In this document: piece after piece, positions 28,602-39,201 of the stretch
Numbering within the stretch: position 1 is the first letter of the stretch
How the letters are laid out: every line of letters starts with the position of its first letter
NCBI GenBank assembly: GCA_018220935.1
Contig: JAAOXU010000015.1
Span: 2,255-66,254 of the forward strand
DNA from: Candidatus Altiarchaeota archaeon
GTDB taxonomy: Archaea; SpSt-1190
DNA length: 64,000 bases
Direction of reading: 5' to 3'
Notes under the pieces: model-generated
Database searches by the model: none
What the model was told of the DNA's origin: nothing
The model's input: the letters and a program-made list of their open reading frames with translations, nothing else
Made by a program: the position numbers and the translations under genes

Positions 28602-29399
28602 TTAATCATTCCACTTGTGTTTTGGGTTTCTTGGAATTATAATCCAAGCAACTAAGTATGCTGGAATTCCAATACCCCAAAAAAGAGTAGATACGACCCA
28701 AAATAAGCGTACTATGGTAGGATCCGTATCTAAGTACTCAGCAATTCCTCCACATACCCCACCAAGAATTTTTTCTTTTCCGGAACGGTAAAATCTTTTT
28801 ACTATAGTTTTAGATGATTTTTTAACTATTTTAACACTTCCATAAAACAGGAAGCGAAGTAGTACTAAAACATATCCAAAAGCAACTATACCAATAAAAA
28901 TAGTCCAAAAATTCCAAGTTATAATGTTTGAGATTAAGAGTAAAATTGCGCTATTAATGTCAACATTTGCAATTTCAATAAACTGTACTCCGACCCAAAG
29001 TGCCATTGAAATTTCAAGCGCAACTAAAAGTGGATAAATTGGTAGTATACTTACTTTGTATTCGTTACCTAGATATGACCTCATACCTGAAAACAAAGCC
29101 ATCGCAAAAAGTAAACCTAAATTATTGACTAAAAAGTCGCTTAATCCAAGTAAAAAACCAATACCAGTTACTGTCCCAAAGTAAACCAATAACCAAGAGG
29201 CAATCAACAAAATAAACACACTAAAAATACTTGCAATGAAAGGACCTACAATATTTGAGTTTACGAAACTTTGTCTACATTGGTGATTATGTGATCTTGT
29301 TTCACCAAAGTCTTCAATCTTTTTACCCAACGATTTAATCTCTGATCTAAAGTCTTCAAGATTTTGTTTTAGTTCATCATTTTTGGTTTTTTTGACCAC
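28602..29399 (-). CDS. PspC domain-containing membrane protein
   Basis: C-terminal RFYRSGKEKILGGVCGGIAEYLDTDPTIVRL...AYLVAWIIIP preceded by about 4 TM helices. Confidence 0.9.
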   Translation of the reverse strand: MVKKTKNDELKQNLEDFRSEIKSLGKKIEDFGETRSHNHQCRQSFVNSNIVGPFIASIFSVFILLIASWLLVYFGTVTGIGFLLGLSDFLVNNLGLLFAMALFSGMRSYLGNEYKVSILPIYPLLVALEISMALWVGVQFIEIANVDINSAILLLISNIITWNFWTIFIGIVAFGYVLVLLRFLFYGSVKIVKKSSKTIVKRFYRSGKEKILGGVCGGIAEYLDTDPTIVRLFWVVSTLFWGIGIPAYLVAWIIIPRNPKHKWND

Positions 29400-29499
29400 A
29401 TGCTACTTCAGTTTTGTAAGTATTAATGTTTTAATATAGCTTATTTGTTTTTTTTAAAGACGTGAAAAAACGATTTAAAACGACGTTTTGTTTTAGTTT

Positions 29500-30075
29500 A
29501 TGTCTGTTGTTTACTCTGACGAAATAAAACCGTTTGATGAAATACTCCTTGATTTTAATTCAAAACCAAATGATTATGTTTACTCAATTCCTTTTAATGA
29601 GCCTCTTGAGCTACGTAGCGAAGCCAAAATTGTAGCTAGGCGTGCATATGAACTTGCATTAAAGAGAGTCAGACACATACTTATTGACTTAGACTTTGAA
29701 GGGTGGGATGAACTTACCACTCCTGATTCTTTTATCTATGTACCTTATGACATTCGTTCAAAAGGCAAATATGTTGATAGCCGTATGAAAACGGGCATGC
29801 AAGTTTTTGGTGAATTGATAGAAGATTTTGCGTATGACTTAGCAAAGACTGCGTATTTTTCTGAGACAAACCAAGATTTAGATGAACACGCAACTAAATT
29901 TATTGCAAAAGTTGCAAGGGAATCAAAAAACACCACTCCTGAACGTTTTTATACCTGGATTGAAGACCGTGGTTTTCCAGAAAGACTTTTGGTCTCGTAT
30001 CAGATTGCCTCAGAAGAAAATGATAACTTACTCGATACAGCTAGCTACGCTGTTGGAAATTACTTAGAACTTTAA
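29500..30075 (+). CDS. Hypothetical acidic protein
   Basis: 191-aa ORF, ATG about 20 nt after TTTAAAA; no motif recognised. Confidence 0.7.
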   Translation: MSVVYSDEIKPFDEILLDFNSKPNDYVYSIPFNEPLELRSEAKIVARRAYELALKRVRHILIDLDFEGWDELTTPDSFIYVPYDIRSKGKYVDSRMKTGMQVFGELIEDFAYDLAKTAYFSETNQDLDEHATKFIAKVARESKNTTPERFYTWIEDRGFPERLLVSYQIASEENDNLLDTASYAVGNYLEL

Positions 30076-30117
30076 TTCATTTCAATATTTTTATAAATTC
30101 AATCTTGAATATGTTTG

Positions 30118-30555
30118 GTGTATGAAATAACGATGCCTGATAAAATTAGAGAACTGATTAGGGATAACTCTGCAGGTCAAATGTCTCTTCTCGAATTTTC
30201 AAGAAACTTTAAAAAAATAAAGGCTAAACAGCCGTGTCTTATTGATTCTATGGTTGGTAGGTACTCCAATCTTTTAAATCCGAAATTACCTTTAGTTTCT
30301 CAACACGAGGGCCTTGTTGATGACAACGAAACTTATCAACTAATTAATTATCTAGAAACCTTAAAACACATTAGCGCACCAATTTTCTTTTTTGTAAGTC
30401 CTGATGTTTACGAAGTAGATACACCGTTTGGTACACTCCCAAATGTTTCAGAAACGTCTCAAATGTTTAAATATTTAGTCTCTGACAATGAGCTTTTATC
30501 GAGAACTTATTTTGTTTTTCATATTAAACACTTATATTCTGAAGTTTCAAAATAA
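30118..30555 (+). CDS. Hypothetical protein
   Basis: GTG 30118 is 21 nt after TTATAA; no motif recognised. Confidence 0.6.
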   Translation: MYEITMPDKIRELIRDNSAGQMSLLEFSRNFKKIKAKQPCLIDSMVGRYSNLLNPKLPLVSQHEGLVDDNETYQLINYLETLKHISAPIFFFVSPDVYEVDTPFGTLPNVSETSQMFKYLVSDNELLSRTYFVFHIKHLYSEVSK

Positions 30556-30564
30556 AACAATAAA

Positions 30565-30637
30565 TGCAGCCGGCGGGATTTGAACCCGCGCAGCGAGCTT
30601 GGAAGGCTCGAGTCATACCAGACTAGACTACAGCTGC
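30565..30637 (-). tRNA. tRNA-Gly(TCC), intronless, CCA not encoded
   Basis: Acceptor GCAGCTG/CGGCTGC+A, anticodon arm CGAGC-CTTCCAA-GCTCG, T arm GCGGG-TTCAAAT-CCCGC. Confidence 0.96.
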
Positions 30638-30736
30638 TACATTCTATTTTGATCAAGCTTTTTTTAAAAGCTTGTTGAATTGATTTTAAGGCTTTCTAAT
30701 CATAAGATCTTTAAATCGTGGTGGTCAGCAAGCCCT

Positions 30737-31234
30737 ATGGATTTAGAAAAAATTTCAGCTTTATACGCTGCAGATGGTGAGACTGTTAGTGTTGCGATGT
30801 CTGAAAATGTTCCTTTTATTGATTTAGATATAAACCAACTCAAAAATATGGCTTACTCAACACCTACTGATTTAGAAGGTGATTGGACTTTGATTTTTTC
30901 AGTTCATAATCCTAGTGCAAAGTTAAGGGCAGTAAAAAATGGCAATGATGATGACCTAAAAACACCTAGTATAAAAGAGTTATTTGATCAATATGATACT
31001 TTGATTTTGGTGTCCCCAAAGGAAATTTATATTCCAGAAAATCTTGAGACTGATATGTTACCAGGTAATACATATATTTCAATACATAATGGTGTTGGGG
31101 TCTCTAATGTGAAACCTAATGGGGTTTTGATCCATAAACATTTTGAGGGTATGAAGACTGTTGATTTGGCAGTTGCTAGTAATGGGTATGTTTTTACTGC
31201 TTGCTATGATCGTTGTGGCCACAACTTAGTCTAA
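30737..31234 (+). CDS. Hypothetical acidic protein
   Basis: ATG 30737 is 21 nt after TTTAAA; no motif recognised. Confidence 0.6.
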   Translation: MDLEKISALYAADGETVSVAMSENVPFIDLDINQLKNMAYSTPTDLEGDWTLIFSVHNPSAKLRAVKNGNDDDLKTPSIKELFDQYDTLILVSPKEIYIPENLETDMLPGNTYISIHNGVGVSNVKPNGVLIHKHFEGMKTVDLAVASNGYVFTACYDRCGHNLV

Positions 31235-31268
31235 AAACGCTTATTTACTGTATAGCTCTTCTTTACCT

Positions 31269-33800
31269 GTGGTTCTTGAGACTGACGTTAGTAAAGGGCT
31301 TAGCACTAGTGAGGCGCGCCTTCGTCTTGAAAAATATGGACCTAATGAAATAATTGAAAGAAAAAAAGTGTCTGCATTTAAACTGCTTTTTAGCCAGTTT
31401 GAGGACCCAATAGTTCTAATTTTTATTGTTTCAGCTGCAATGTCTGCATTTTTAGGTGAGACTCTCGATTTTTTTGTGATTTCAGTTATTACACTTTTTA
31501 TTGTACTCCTTGGTTTTTTCCAAGAATACAAGGCTGAAGAAGCCTTAGAAAAACTAAAAGAATTGATTGTTCCAACATCAAAAGTTCTAAGAAATAAAAA
31601 ACTCGTAGAACTCCCTATTGAGGCAGTAGTCCCAGGAGACATTGTGGTGCTTGAACCTGGAGACATGATTCCTGCTGATTGTAAAATAATTAATGGGAAT
31701 AATTTTGCAGTTGATGAATCTATGCTTACTGGGGAGAGTCTCTCTGTTGAGAAAAAAAATATGGATGATGTTTATCGAGGTACTATTGTAGTTAGAGGAA
31801 CTGCTAAGGTTGAGGTGGTCTCAACTGGTTCAAAAACTAAATTTGGAAAAATTGCGGATCTTCTTGGTGGGGATAATAAAAGTAAAATTCAAGAAAAGTC
31901 TGAAGAACTCGCAAAAGTAATCACAAAAATTGTAATTTGGGCAAGCGTTGCTATTGGTGTTATTGGTTTTATCAAAGGTGCTTCTCTTACGTCAATTATT
32001 TCTGTTGCAATCGCAACTGCTATAGCAGGAATACCTGAAGCACTCCCCCTAACAACTACTATTATCTTGGCTTTGGGAGTCTACAAAATGGTAAAAAAGA
32101 AAGCCATAGTCAGACGCCTTTCTGCAGTTGAGGAACTTGGAACTGTTACTGTAATTTGTACTGATAAAACTGGAACTTTAACAAAAAATGAAATGACTGT
32201 TGAAAAAATTTTTGTTGATGGTCACTTAATTGATGTGGGTGGAAAGGGTTACAATGATGATGGGAAAATTACACAAGGTGATAGGGAAGTATCTAGTGAT
32301 GGGTTAGAAAAACTGTTAGTTTCAGCCATCCTTTGTAATAATGCTGACTTAATTGAAAAAGAGAAGGATTTTGATGTCGTAGGAGACCCAACTGAAGTTG
32401 CTTTACTTGTGGCTGCTAGAAAATATGGATTAAATGAAGACATCGTTAGAAATGAATTCCCGAGGGTGGCAGAAGAACCGTTTGCATCAGAAAAAAAATA
32501 TATGATAACAACTCACCGAAATGGTAGAAAGTTTAGAGTTCTAAAAGGTGCACCTGAAGTTCTATTAAAAAAATGTACAAGTGTTCTAATTAATGGACGC
32601 CACGAAAAACTATCTCGAAAGTGGACCAAAAGATTTAAAGATCAAATAACTGTGATGGCAACATCAGGTCTTCGAGTTATTGCAATCGCAGCTTCAAATA
32701 AAAAAGAATGGGCTTTAGTTGGTTTATTTGGTATGCAAGATCCTCCACGTCATGGTGTTGATAAGGCAGTTGAGATTGCTCACAAAGCTGGTATTAAGGT
32801 GTATATGATAACTGGTGACAACCCTATAACGGCTAAGTCAATTGGCAATAAAATTGGGATAGTTGGAGACGTTGTAGTTGGAAATGATCTAAAGACTATG
32901 AATGATTCTGAACTACTAAAAGTTCTAGAGACTGCAAGAATCCTAGCAAGAATTGATCCTGAAGATAAATTACGTATTGTAAAAATTTTAAGAGAACATG
33001 ATGAAGTTGTTGCTATGACGGGGGATGGAGTAAATGATGCACCTGCGCTAAAAGAATCTGATGTTGGAATCTCAATGGGTCTTCGTGGTACTGAGGTAGC
33101 AAAGGGTGCGTCTGACATTGTTTTAGTTGATGATAATTTTGTTACGATTGTAAAAGCTATTGAGATGGGACGGGGCATATATGACAATATTAGAAAGTTC
33201 ACTGCATTTCTTTTGAGTTGGAATGTTGGGGTTACTGCTATGATACTTGCTAGTGTTGGTTTGTTTGGGATGACTAATGTAATTTTACTTCCCCTTCAAA
33301 TTTTATTATTAAATGTTGTTTTAGAAGATTTACCTGCGATTGCTCTTGGAATGGATCCAGTATCAAAAGACGTCATGAGTAGGCCACCTAGAAATCCAAG
33401 GGAAAATTTTATCACAAAAAAACTTTGGTTTTTGATCATGGGATTGGGAGCATATATGGCTGTAATTAGTACTGGAATTTTTTACATCAATGCACACAAT
33501 ATTGAATTTGCAAGAACTACTGCATTTTTGGTATTTTCAGCTTTTGTAATTTTTAATGCACTTAATTTCCGGTCTTTAGAAAAATCTACCATTTTAACTG
33601 CACTAAGACGTAATCTTATGTTAGTTTTGGCGGTATTGACGTCTTTAATCATCACAGTAATTGCTATGTATACCCCTGCAGGTGCAACTGTCTTTAAATT
33701 CTTGCCTGTTAGCATAGAAACATGGATTGTGTCTTTAGTTCTCGCTTTTACTATAATTCCTGCTGGAGAGCTTCTAAAACGTAGTATTTATGTGCGATAA
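31269..33800 (+). CDS. P-type ATPase, type IIA (Ca2+-transporting-like)
   Basis: TGES, IPEALP, DKTGTLT, KGAPE, DPPR, MITGD, GDGVNDAP. Confidence 0.95.
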   Translation: MVLETDVSKGLSTSEARLRLEKYGPNEIIERKKVSAFKLLFSQFEDPIVLIFIVSAAMSAFLGETLDFFVISVITLFIVLLGFFQEYKAEEALEKLKELIVPTSKVLRNKKLVELPIEAVVPGDIVVLEPGDMIPADCKIINGNNFAVDESMLTGESLSVEKKNMDDVYRGTIVVRGTAKVEVVSTGSKTKFGKIADLLGGDNKSKIQEKSEELAKVITKIVIWASVAIGVIGFIKGASLTSIISVAIATAIAGIPEALPLTTTIILALGVYKMVKKKAIVRRLSAVEELGTVTVICTDKTGTLTKNEMTVEKIFVDGHLIDVGGKGYNDDGKITQGDREVSSDGLEKLLVSAILCNNADLIEKEKDFDVVGDPTEVALLVAARKYGLNEDIVRNEFPRVAEEPFASEKKYMITTHRNGRKFRVLKGAPEVLLKKCTSVLINGRHEKLSRKWTKRFKDQITVMATSGLRVIAIAASNKKEWALVGLFGMQDPPRHGVDKAVEIAHKAGIKVYMITGDNPITAKSIGNKIGIVGDVVVGNDLKTMNDSELLKVLETARILARIDPEDKLRIVKILREHDEVVAMTGDGVNDAPALKESDVGISMGLRGTEVAKGASDIVLVDDNFVTIVKAIEMGRGIYDNIRKFTAFLLSWNVGVTAMILASVGLFGMTNVILLPLQILLLNVVLEDLPAIALGMDPVSKDVMSRPPRNPRENFITKKLWFLIMGLGAYMAVISTGIFYINAHNIEFARTTAFLVFSAFVIFNALNFRSLEKSTILTALRRNLMLVLAVLTSLIITVIAMYTPAGATVFKFLPVSIETWIVSLVLAFTIIPAGELLKRSIYVR

Positions 33801-33832
33801 AGTTTAACTATCATAAATGTGGGCAACAGTTT

Positions 33833-36151
33833 ATGAAACTGCAAATATTGTTTGCGATGATGCTGTTAACTGTTGTTGCTTTTGCACAAGATGTTGACAG
33901 TATTAACGTGGCAGTTGACAGTTCAGTTACGGGTGATGAAACCAACTCGGTTTCGGACGACACTGTTACAAATGTAATCGATGAGAATGGAGTTAATCAA
34001 GAAGATTTTGAAGATGCTGAAAATCCAACAGGGATTGATTTAGATCTTGACCAAATTGGTAGCACTGATGACTTAGTTCCTACAAGTGTAACAGGTATTG
34101 CTAATGCTGTAACTATTAGCACTACTGGCGTTACTGATGAATTAGAACCAACACTCAACGTAGAACCAGTTCTATATGAGGATGGGTCTGATGAAAGTAT
34201 AACTTCGCTGGGTTTTTGTGAATTTGATCAAAAATCTGAAGAGGGAGAGACAAAAGTCGTGGTTGAATGTGCTTTGAGTCTACCTAATCCGTGTCATACT
34301 GTTGAGTATGGTTGGATTCCAGGTGCTCAAGATAACGTCTACACTTTTCTTGTTCATATAAGGGACAGGCCAGGTGTAATGTGTGCACAAGTCATCTATG
34401 AAACTGAGGTAAGAACTGAACAGATCTTCTTAACTGAAGATCTAAACTTTGATTACAAAATAAACTACGTTCCGGCTAAAGAGCTAAGACTAGCTCCATT
34501 ACCTACTGACATAATTCAAGAACCAACGGTGGATTTTGAATGTGACAATATGGTAAGAGACATAAAAAGGAATATTGAACGGCTAGAACAACAATTAGAA
34601 CGAGCAAAAAGTGCAGGTCTTGATTCTGAATATGTGCGTGTAAAAAACATAATAAGACAAGAACTATACTCGCTTGAAACATTTAGTTGTGTTAGAGACG
34701 TAATCACAAAAGAATTACCTACAGCATCACTCTGTACCAAACAAAGAATTGATGCAGAGATGAGATTGAAAGATCTCCACCTCACTTTAAGTGAAGCTGA
34801 AATCAGTGGTGACGTTGAAGCAATTAACAAACTTGAATTAAAAATTCGAGATGTAAAAGCTGAACTAATTAGTCTTCCAACCGTTGATCGATGTGCAACT
34901 ACAATGCATTTTGAGATTCAACCTACAGTTGAGTTGATTGAAGACAAACTCGGCCAATTTTATGAGAGACTACGTGACTTTAACATCATAATGAGGGTTG
35001 CTAATCCATGTGATAAAGTAACTTTTATTGATGAGAAAATTACTGAACTCGAATCAACTTTGTCTGATATCTCAGATGATGAGGTAACAGTAAGAAAGAA
35101 TAAAATTGGTGTCCTAGTTGACACGAAGAGCAACATGGAGCGAGCTTGCACGGCAATCAAAGAAAACACCAATTGTGGTGAAGCAGTCCAGATGAGAAAT
35201 AATTTCAATAACTTTATTGAAAAGGTTCAATCTGGAAATATTGACGGTGTAAGACTAGATAACAATGCCAAGGACCTTATAACTAAGTTTACGAGGCTAC
35301 AAAGCGCATGCCTAGATGATGTCAAGCAGATGTTTGATAATCATCCTTGTATGGGAGCCCAGGTCCTTGAAATCGAAGTTGAAAGAATGTCTTCATTGGG
35401 TGAAAGCCCAGAGATACTTCCCGACATCTACAATAAGATGACTGAGTTTAGGGAAGCTTGTTTCAAAGGAGAGGTTTTGTCAAGAACTAAAGAACAAGTT
35501 CGAAATACATTCCAAGATGCTAGAGAGGCTAAATTTAAAGCCAACGACATAGCACAAATTGTAGGAGAACTTGAGCTTAGAAAGCACATAATATTGGCAG
35601 ATGATGAGCTTTCAAGTGCTGAAAAATCAAGAATTGTTCGAGAAATTGAGGCTGAAAAGACTGCGTTAATTAAAGACGTGGTTACTCAATTCAAACGAGC
35701 TAAGATTACTAGTGCTATGAAAGTGAAGTTATCTAAAGATGCTTTTGAGGTTGAAGATGAATCCTTTGATGCGAAAGAAGTTACACTTGAACTCACCACT
35801 TCTGATGGTAGTTTAGAAGTAACAGCAATCGAAGACAGGATTGAACTTAGGAGCAAAAACGCTCGCATTACAGCAAGGATTGAATTGGAGTTTGAAAACG
35901 GACGCTTAATGATTCGTGGAAAAGCTTTGAGGATGCCTGATGAAGTGCTAAGTGATGTGGGAGCTCTACAGGGAGATCTTGAACTCAACGACGATGGAAC
36001 TACTGCAACATATGAAGGAATTGTGAAAAAACAGTTCAGATTATTTGCAATAATTCCCCTTCATGCAGATGTGTTTGTAAAAACAGATGCAGAAGCTGGA
36101 GATATCTTGGAAATGAGACGACCCTGGTGGGCTGTCTTTGCTGTTGAGTAA
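33833..36151 (+). CDS. Large secreted Cys-stapled helical surface protein
   Basis: Signal peptide, acidic linker, LPNPC...CAQVI domain, five Cys-bounded helical units, C-terminal LFAIIP...DAEAG...RRPWW. Confidence 0.8.
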   Translation: MKLQILFAMMLLTVVAFAQDVDSINVAVDSSVTGDETNSVSDDTVTNVIDENGVNQEDFEDAENPTGIDLDLDQIGSTDDLVPTSVTGIANAVTISTTGVTDELEPTLNVEPVLYEDGSDESITSLGFCEFDQKSEEGETKVVVECALSLPNPCHTVEYGWIPGAQDNVYTFLVHIRDRPGVMCAQVIYETEVRTEQIFLTEDLNFDYKINYVPAKELRLAPLPTDIIQEPTVDFECDNMVRDIKRNIERLEQQLERAKSAGLDSEYVRVKNIIRQELYSLETFSCVRDVITKELPTASLCTKQRIDAEMRLKDLHLTLSEAEISGDVEAINKLELKIRDVKAELISLPTVDRCATTMHFEIQPTVELIEDKLGQFYERLRDFNIIMRVANPCDKVTFIDEKITELESTLSDISDDEVTVRKNKIGVLVDTKSNMERACTAIKENTNCGEAVQMRNNFNNFIEKVQSGNIDGVRLDNNAKDLITKFTRLQSACLDDVKQMFDNHPCMGAQVLEIEVERMSSLGESPEILPDIYNKMTEFREACFKGEVLSRTKEQVRNTFQDAREAKFKANDIAQIVGELELRKHIILADDELSSAEKSRIVREIEAEKTALIKDVVTQFKRAKITSAMKVKLSKDAFEVEDESFDAKEVTLELTTSDGSLEVTAIEDRIELRSKNARITARIELEFENGRLMIRGKALRMPDEVLSDVGALQGDLELNDDGTTATYEGIVKKQFRLFAIIPLHADVFVKTDAEAGDILEMRRPWWAVFAVE

Positions 36152-36163
36152 ACAAAAGTTTAG

Positions 36164-36196
36164 CCCCCGGAAACGGGGGAATCTTTTTATTTTTTT
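36164..36196 (+). terminator. Hairpin plus U-tract terminator
   Basis: CCCCCG-GAAA-CGGGGG followed by TTTTTATTTTTTT just after the 36151 stop. Confidence 0.7.
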
Positions 36197-36211
36197 GGTT
36201 TTAATATTTTT

Positions 36212-37171
36212 GTGAAAGAAAAAAAGCTTGAAGAGATGGGATATCGTCTTTCTGGTACTGGTTCTGTTGAAATTTGTAGGTGGAATAAAAATGTACTCAC
36301 TGGTAGAGGTGCCTGCTATAAACAGACCTTTTACGGTGTTCCCACACATAGGTGTATGGAACTAACCCCTTCTACATTATTTTGTAATAATAACTGCGCT
36401 TATTGTTGGAGACCTGCTGAATTTATGGGTCTTCCAAAAAAAGTTGATTGGTCACAACCTGAAGCTATGGTTGAGGAACTAATACAGAAAAGAAAGGCGC
36501 TTCTTATGGGCTTTAAAGGCAATCCTAAGACTAATCAAAAATTGTTTTTTGAAAGTCTAAAACCTATACATTTTGCAATTAGTTTGAGTGGTGAACCAAC
36601 ACTTTATCCATACCTCTCAAAATTAATTGATTATCTTAACAGGCGAGAAAATACCTTTTCTACATTTCTTGTAACTAATGGACAAAATCCGTTAGCACTA
36701 AAAAAATTAAATACCTTGCCAACTCAATTATATCTTAGTGTAACTGCACCAAATCCAGAACTTTACAAGCGTATTTCAATTCCTTTAGAAAAAAACCCGT
36801 GGGAACGGCTTCTTGAATCTTGTAACTTTTTGGCAAGTGTAAAAACCCGAACAGTGTTGCGTGTAACCTTTATTAAAAATTTAAACATGGTTGAACCATC
36901 TGGTTGGGTCAAACTAATAAAACAAGCTAATCCCCATTTTATTGAATTTAAAGGATATTCTTGGATTGGGCGTAGTAGAGATAGAATGAAATTAGACAAT
37001 GTACCAACTCATGATGAAGTAAAAATATTTGCAGATAAAATTATGGCAGGACTAAATTATCAATTAATTGATCAACACAAGCGTAGTAGAATCGTTTTAT
37101 ACCAGAATCAGGACAGGAAAATTAACCGTTTCATAAATCCAGTTCAACAAGAAAAGGATATAAAACAATAA
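36212..37171 (+). CDS. taw1: 4-demethylwyosine synthase Taw1/TYW1
   Basis: CYKQTFYGV.THRCMELTP, CNNNCAYCWR, AISLSGEPTLYP, LVTNG, FIEFKGY. Confidence 0.95.
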   Translation: MKEKKLEEMGYRLSGTGSVEICRWNKNVLTGRGACYKQTFYGVPTHRCMELTPSTLFCNNNCAYCWRPAEFMGLPKKVDWSQPEAMVEELIQKRKALLMGFKGNPKTNQKLFFESLKPIHFAISLSGEPTLYPYLSKLIDYLNRRENTFSTFLVTNGQNPLALKKLNTLPTQLYLSVTAPNPELYKRISIPLEKNPWERLLESCNFLASVKTRTVLRVTFIKNLNMVEPSGWVKLIKQANPHFIEFKGYSWIGRSRDRMKLDNVPTHDEVKIFADKIMAGLNYQLIDQHKRSRIVLYQNQDRKINRFINPVQQEKDIKQ

Positions 37172-37185
37172 TACATGATAATACA

Positions 37186-38544
37186 ATGCCTAAGGCAATA
37201 ATACTTGCAGGTGGTGTGGGTTCACGTCTTTGGCCTCTTAGTAGGGAGGCGTATCCTAAGCAATTTATACAGTTTTTTGATGGGAAAAGTCTATTTCAAA
37301 AGACTGTTGAGAGACTTCTTCCTATTTTTGGTCCCAATAATTTACTAGTTTCAACTGGGGAACCATACAAATTCATTGTAAAAAATCAACTCGATGAGAT
37401 GAAACTTGAAGTTTCAAAAGATCAAATTTTAGTTGAGCCTGAAGCTAAGAGTACTCTGCCTGCTGTGTTACTTGCGATGCATAGATTCGGCAGTGGTGAA
37501 TATGGTGTTTTTCCGAGTGATCATACTATGGCTGATGACGGTGGCTTAAGACAAAGTATTGAAGCTGCACAAAATATTGTGAGTGAGTACATAATTTCTT
37601 TTGGTATAGTCCCTAATTGGCCACATACAGGATATGGGTATATACGCCCGGGGGAGCAATTGTTTTCTGGATATCGCGTAAAAGAATTTGTTGAAAAACC
37701 TGATTTTGAAACTGCTAAAAAATATGTAGAATCTGGATATTATTGGAATGCAGGCATGATGTATACAAATTTAAAAAATTTCAAAATGGAAGTTGAAAAG
37801 TATTCACCTGAACACCTTTTAGTTTTAGATGATGGTGAGGCTGCATACAAAAAGGTTAGTAATCAGACTATGGAGTATGGTGTCTTTGAGAAAACTAATC
37901 TAGCCGCAGTTATTCCCATAAAATCTTACTGGAATGACCTTGGTAGCTTTTCTAGTTTCTTTGATGTTCTAAATAAAAATGGGGGTTCAGTTGCAACCAA
38001 TACTGAAGTACTTGACTTTGGTGCTAAAAATAGTTTAGTGATTAGTGAAGAGAGTAAATTAGTAGGTTTAATTGATGTGAAAGATTTAGTTGTAGTTGAT
38101 ACGAGAGATGCCCTTTTAATTGGTTCAAAAAACAGTTCAGAAAAAGTCAAAAAAATCTTTAATACTTTGAGGGACAAAGGAGATTTACGTGCAAAGCAAC
38201 ATACTACAGTTTACAGGCCTTGGGGCTTTTTTACTTTAATGGAAGGAAACTCAAAATACAAAGTGAAAAAAGTGGTAATTTACCCAGGTAAACGGATGAC
38301 TCTTCATCGTCATATGAATAGAACTGAGCACTGGGTGATTGCTAAAGGTGTGGCTGAAATAAAGTTAGATGATAAAAGGATGTATTTGAAGTCAGGGGAG
38401 TCTGTTTATGTTCCTAAGGGTGCGTCTCATATGTTAAAAAATCCAAGTGAACTGCCTCTTGAGATGATTGAAGTTCAGATTGGTAATTATCTTGATGAGT
38501 CTGATGTTGAAGTTATTGGTAAAGATCACGTAGAAGATCTATAG
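37186..38544 (+). CDS. manC: Mannose-1-phosphate guanylyltransferase/mannose-6-phosphate isomerase
   Basis: ILAGGVGSRLWPLSREAYPKQF, FVEKP, WNDLGS, C-terminal cupin RPWG...HRH..EHW. Confidence 0.93.
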   Translation: MPKAIILAGGVGSRLWPLSREAYPKQFIQFFDGKSLFQKTVERLLPIFGPNNLLVSTGEPYKFIVKNQLDEMKLEVSKDQILVEPEAKSTLPAVLLAMHRFGSGEYGVFPSDHTMADDGGLRQSIEAAQNIVSEYIISFGIVPNWPHTGYGYIRPGEQLFSGYRVKEFVEKPDFETAKKYVESGYYWNAGMMYTNLKNFKMEVEKYSPEHLLVLDDGEAAYKKVSNQTMEYGVFEKTNLAAVIPIKSYWNDLGSFSSFFDVLNKNGGSVATNTEVLDFGAKNSLVISEESKLVGLIDVKDLVVVDTRDALLIGSKNSSEKVKKIFNTLRDKGDLRAKQHTTVYRPWGFFTLMEGNSKYKVKKVVIYPGKRMTLHRHMNRTEHWVIAKGVAEIKLDDKRMYLKSGESVYVPKGASHMLKNPSELPLEMIEVQIGNYLDESDVEVIGKDHVEDL

Positions 38545-39153
38545 TAATTCCATTAATTTTTTTAATGAAACGTTTGGTGGTGCAGCACCTTCCCAACCAA
38601 TCTTATCATTTACAATAGTTTTTGGTACAGACATGACGCCGTGTTTTTGTGCTAATTTTGGGAACTCTGTGGCTTCAACCATGGTACTTATTACTTTAGA
38701 ATTTTCTAATGCAAATTGATGTGCTGTAAACACCGCAGTAGGACAATATGGACAAGTTGGAGTGACAAATACTTTAATGTCAACTTTTTTATCAATCTTT
38801 TTTAATTCTGCCTTGACGTCATCCCCTAACTTGGTTTCTTGACTGTCAATCATTAATATTGTATCCAAAAAATTTCTAAATTCATGTCCACTTGGCAATC
38901 CCATGATTCTTATATTTGGATTTTTTGAAAAAATCAAAGTAGGTGCTTCTGTGACTTCATATTTTTTAGCTTCATCTGAGTTTAAGTCTAACTCACTTAT
39001 TTTTACTTTACTCACTTCTGAAATTTGATTTAAGAGTTCTCTTTCTTGTGGACAATACTCGCAAGTTTTTGAAATAAAAAATAATATCTCGACTTCATTT
39101 TTTAATGTGGATAAAATTTCCTTTACTACTGTCTTATTTTTGTCGTCTAACAC
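38539..39153 (-). CDS. Protein disulfide oxidoreductase (two thioredoxin folds)
   Basis: CEYC and CPYC motifs, GLPSGHEF, VMSVP. Confidence 0.92.
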   Translation of the reverse strand: MLDDKNKTVVKEILSTLKNEVEILFFISKTCEYCPQERELLNQISEVSKVKISELDLNSDEAKKYEVTEAPTLIFSKNPNIRIMGLPSGHEFRNFLDTILMIDSQETKLGDDVKAELKKIDKKVDIKVFVTPTCPYCPTAVFTAHQFALENSKVISTMVEATEFPKLAQKHGVMSVPKTIVNDKIGWEGAAPPNVSLKKLMELL

Positions 39154-39201
39154 TAAAGACCAATAGTTAATAATTTATAACACTTACACTGAAATATTTA
39201 T

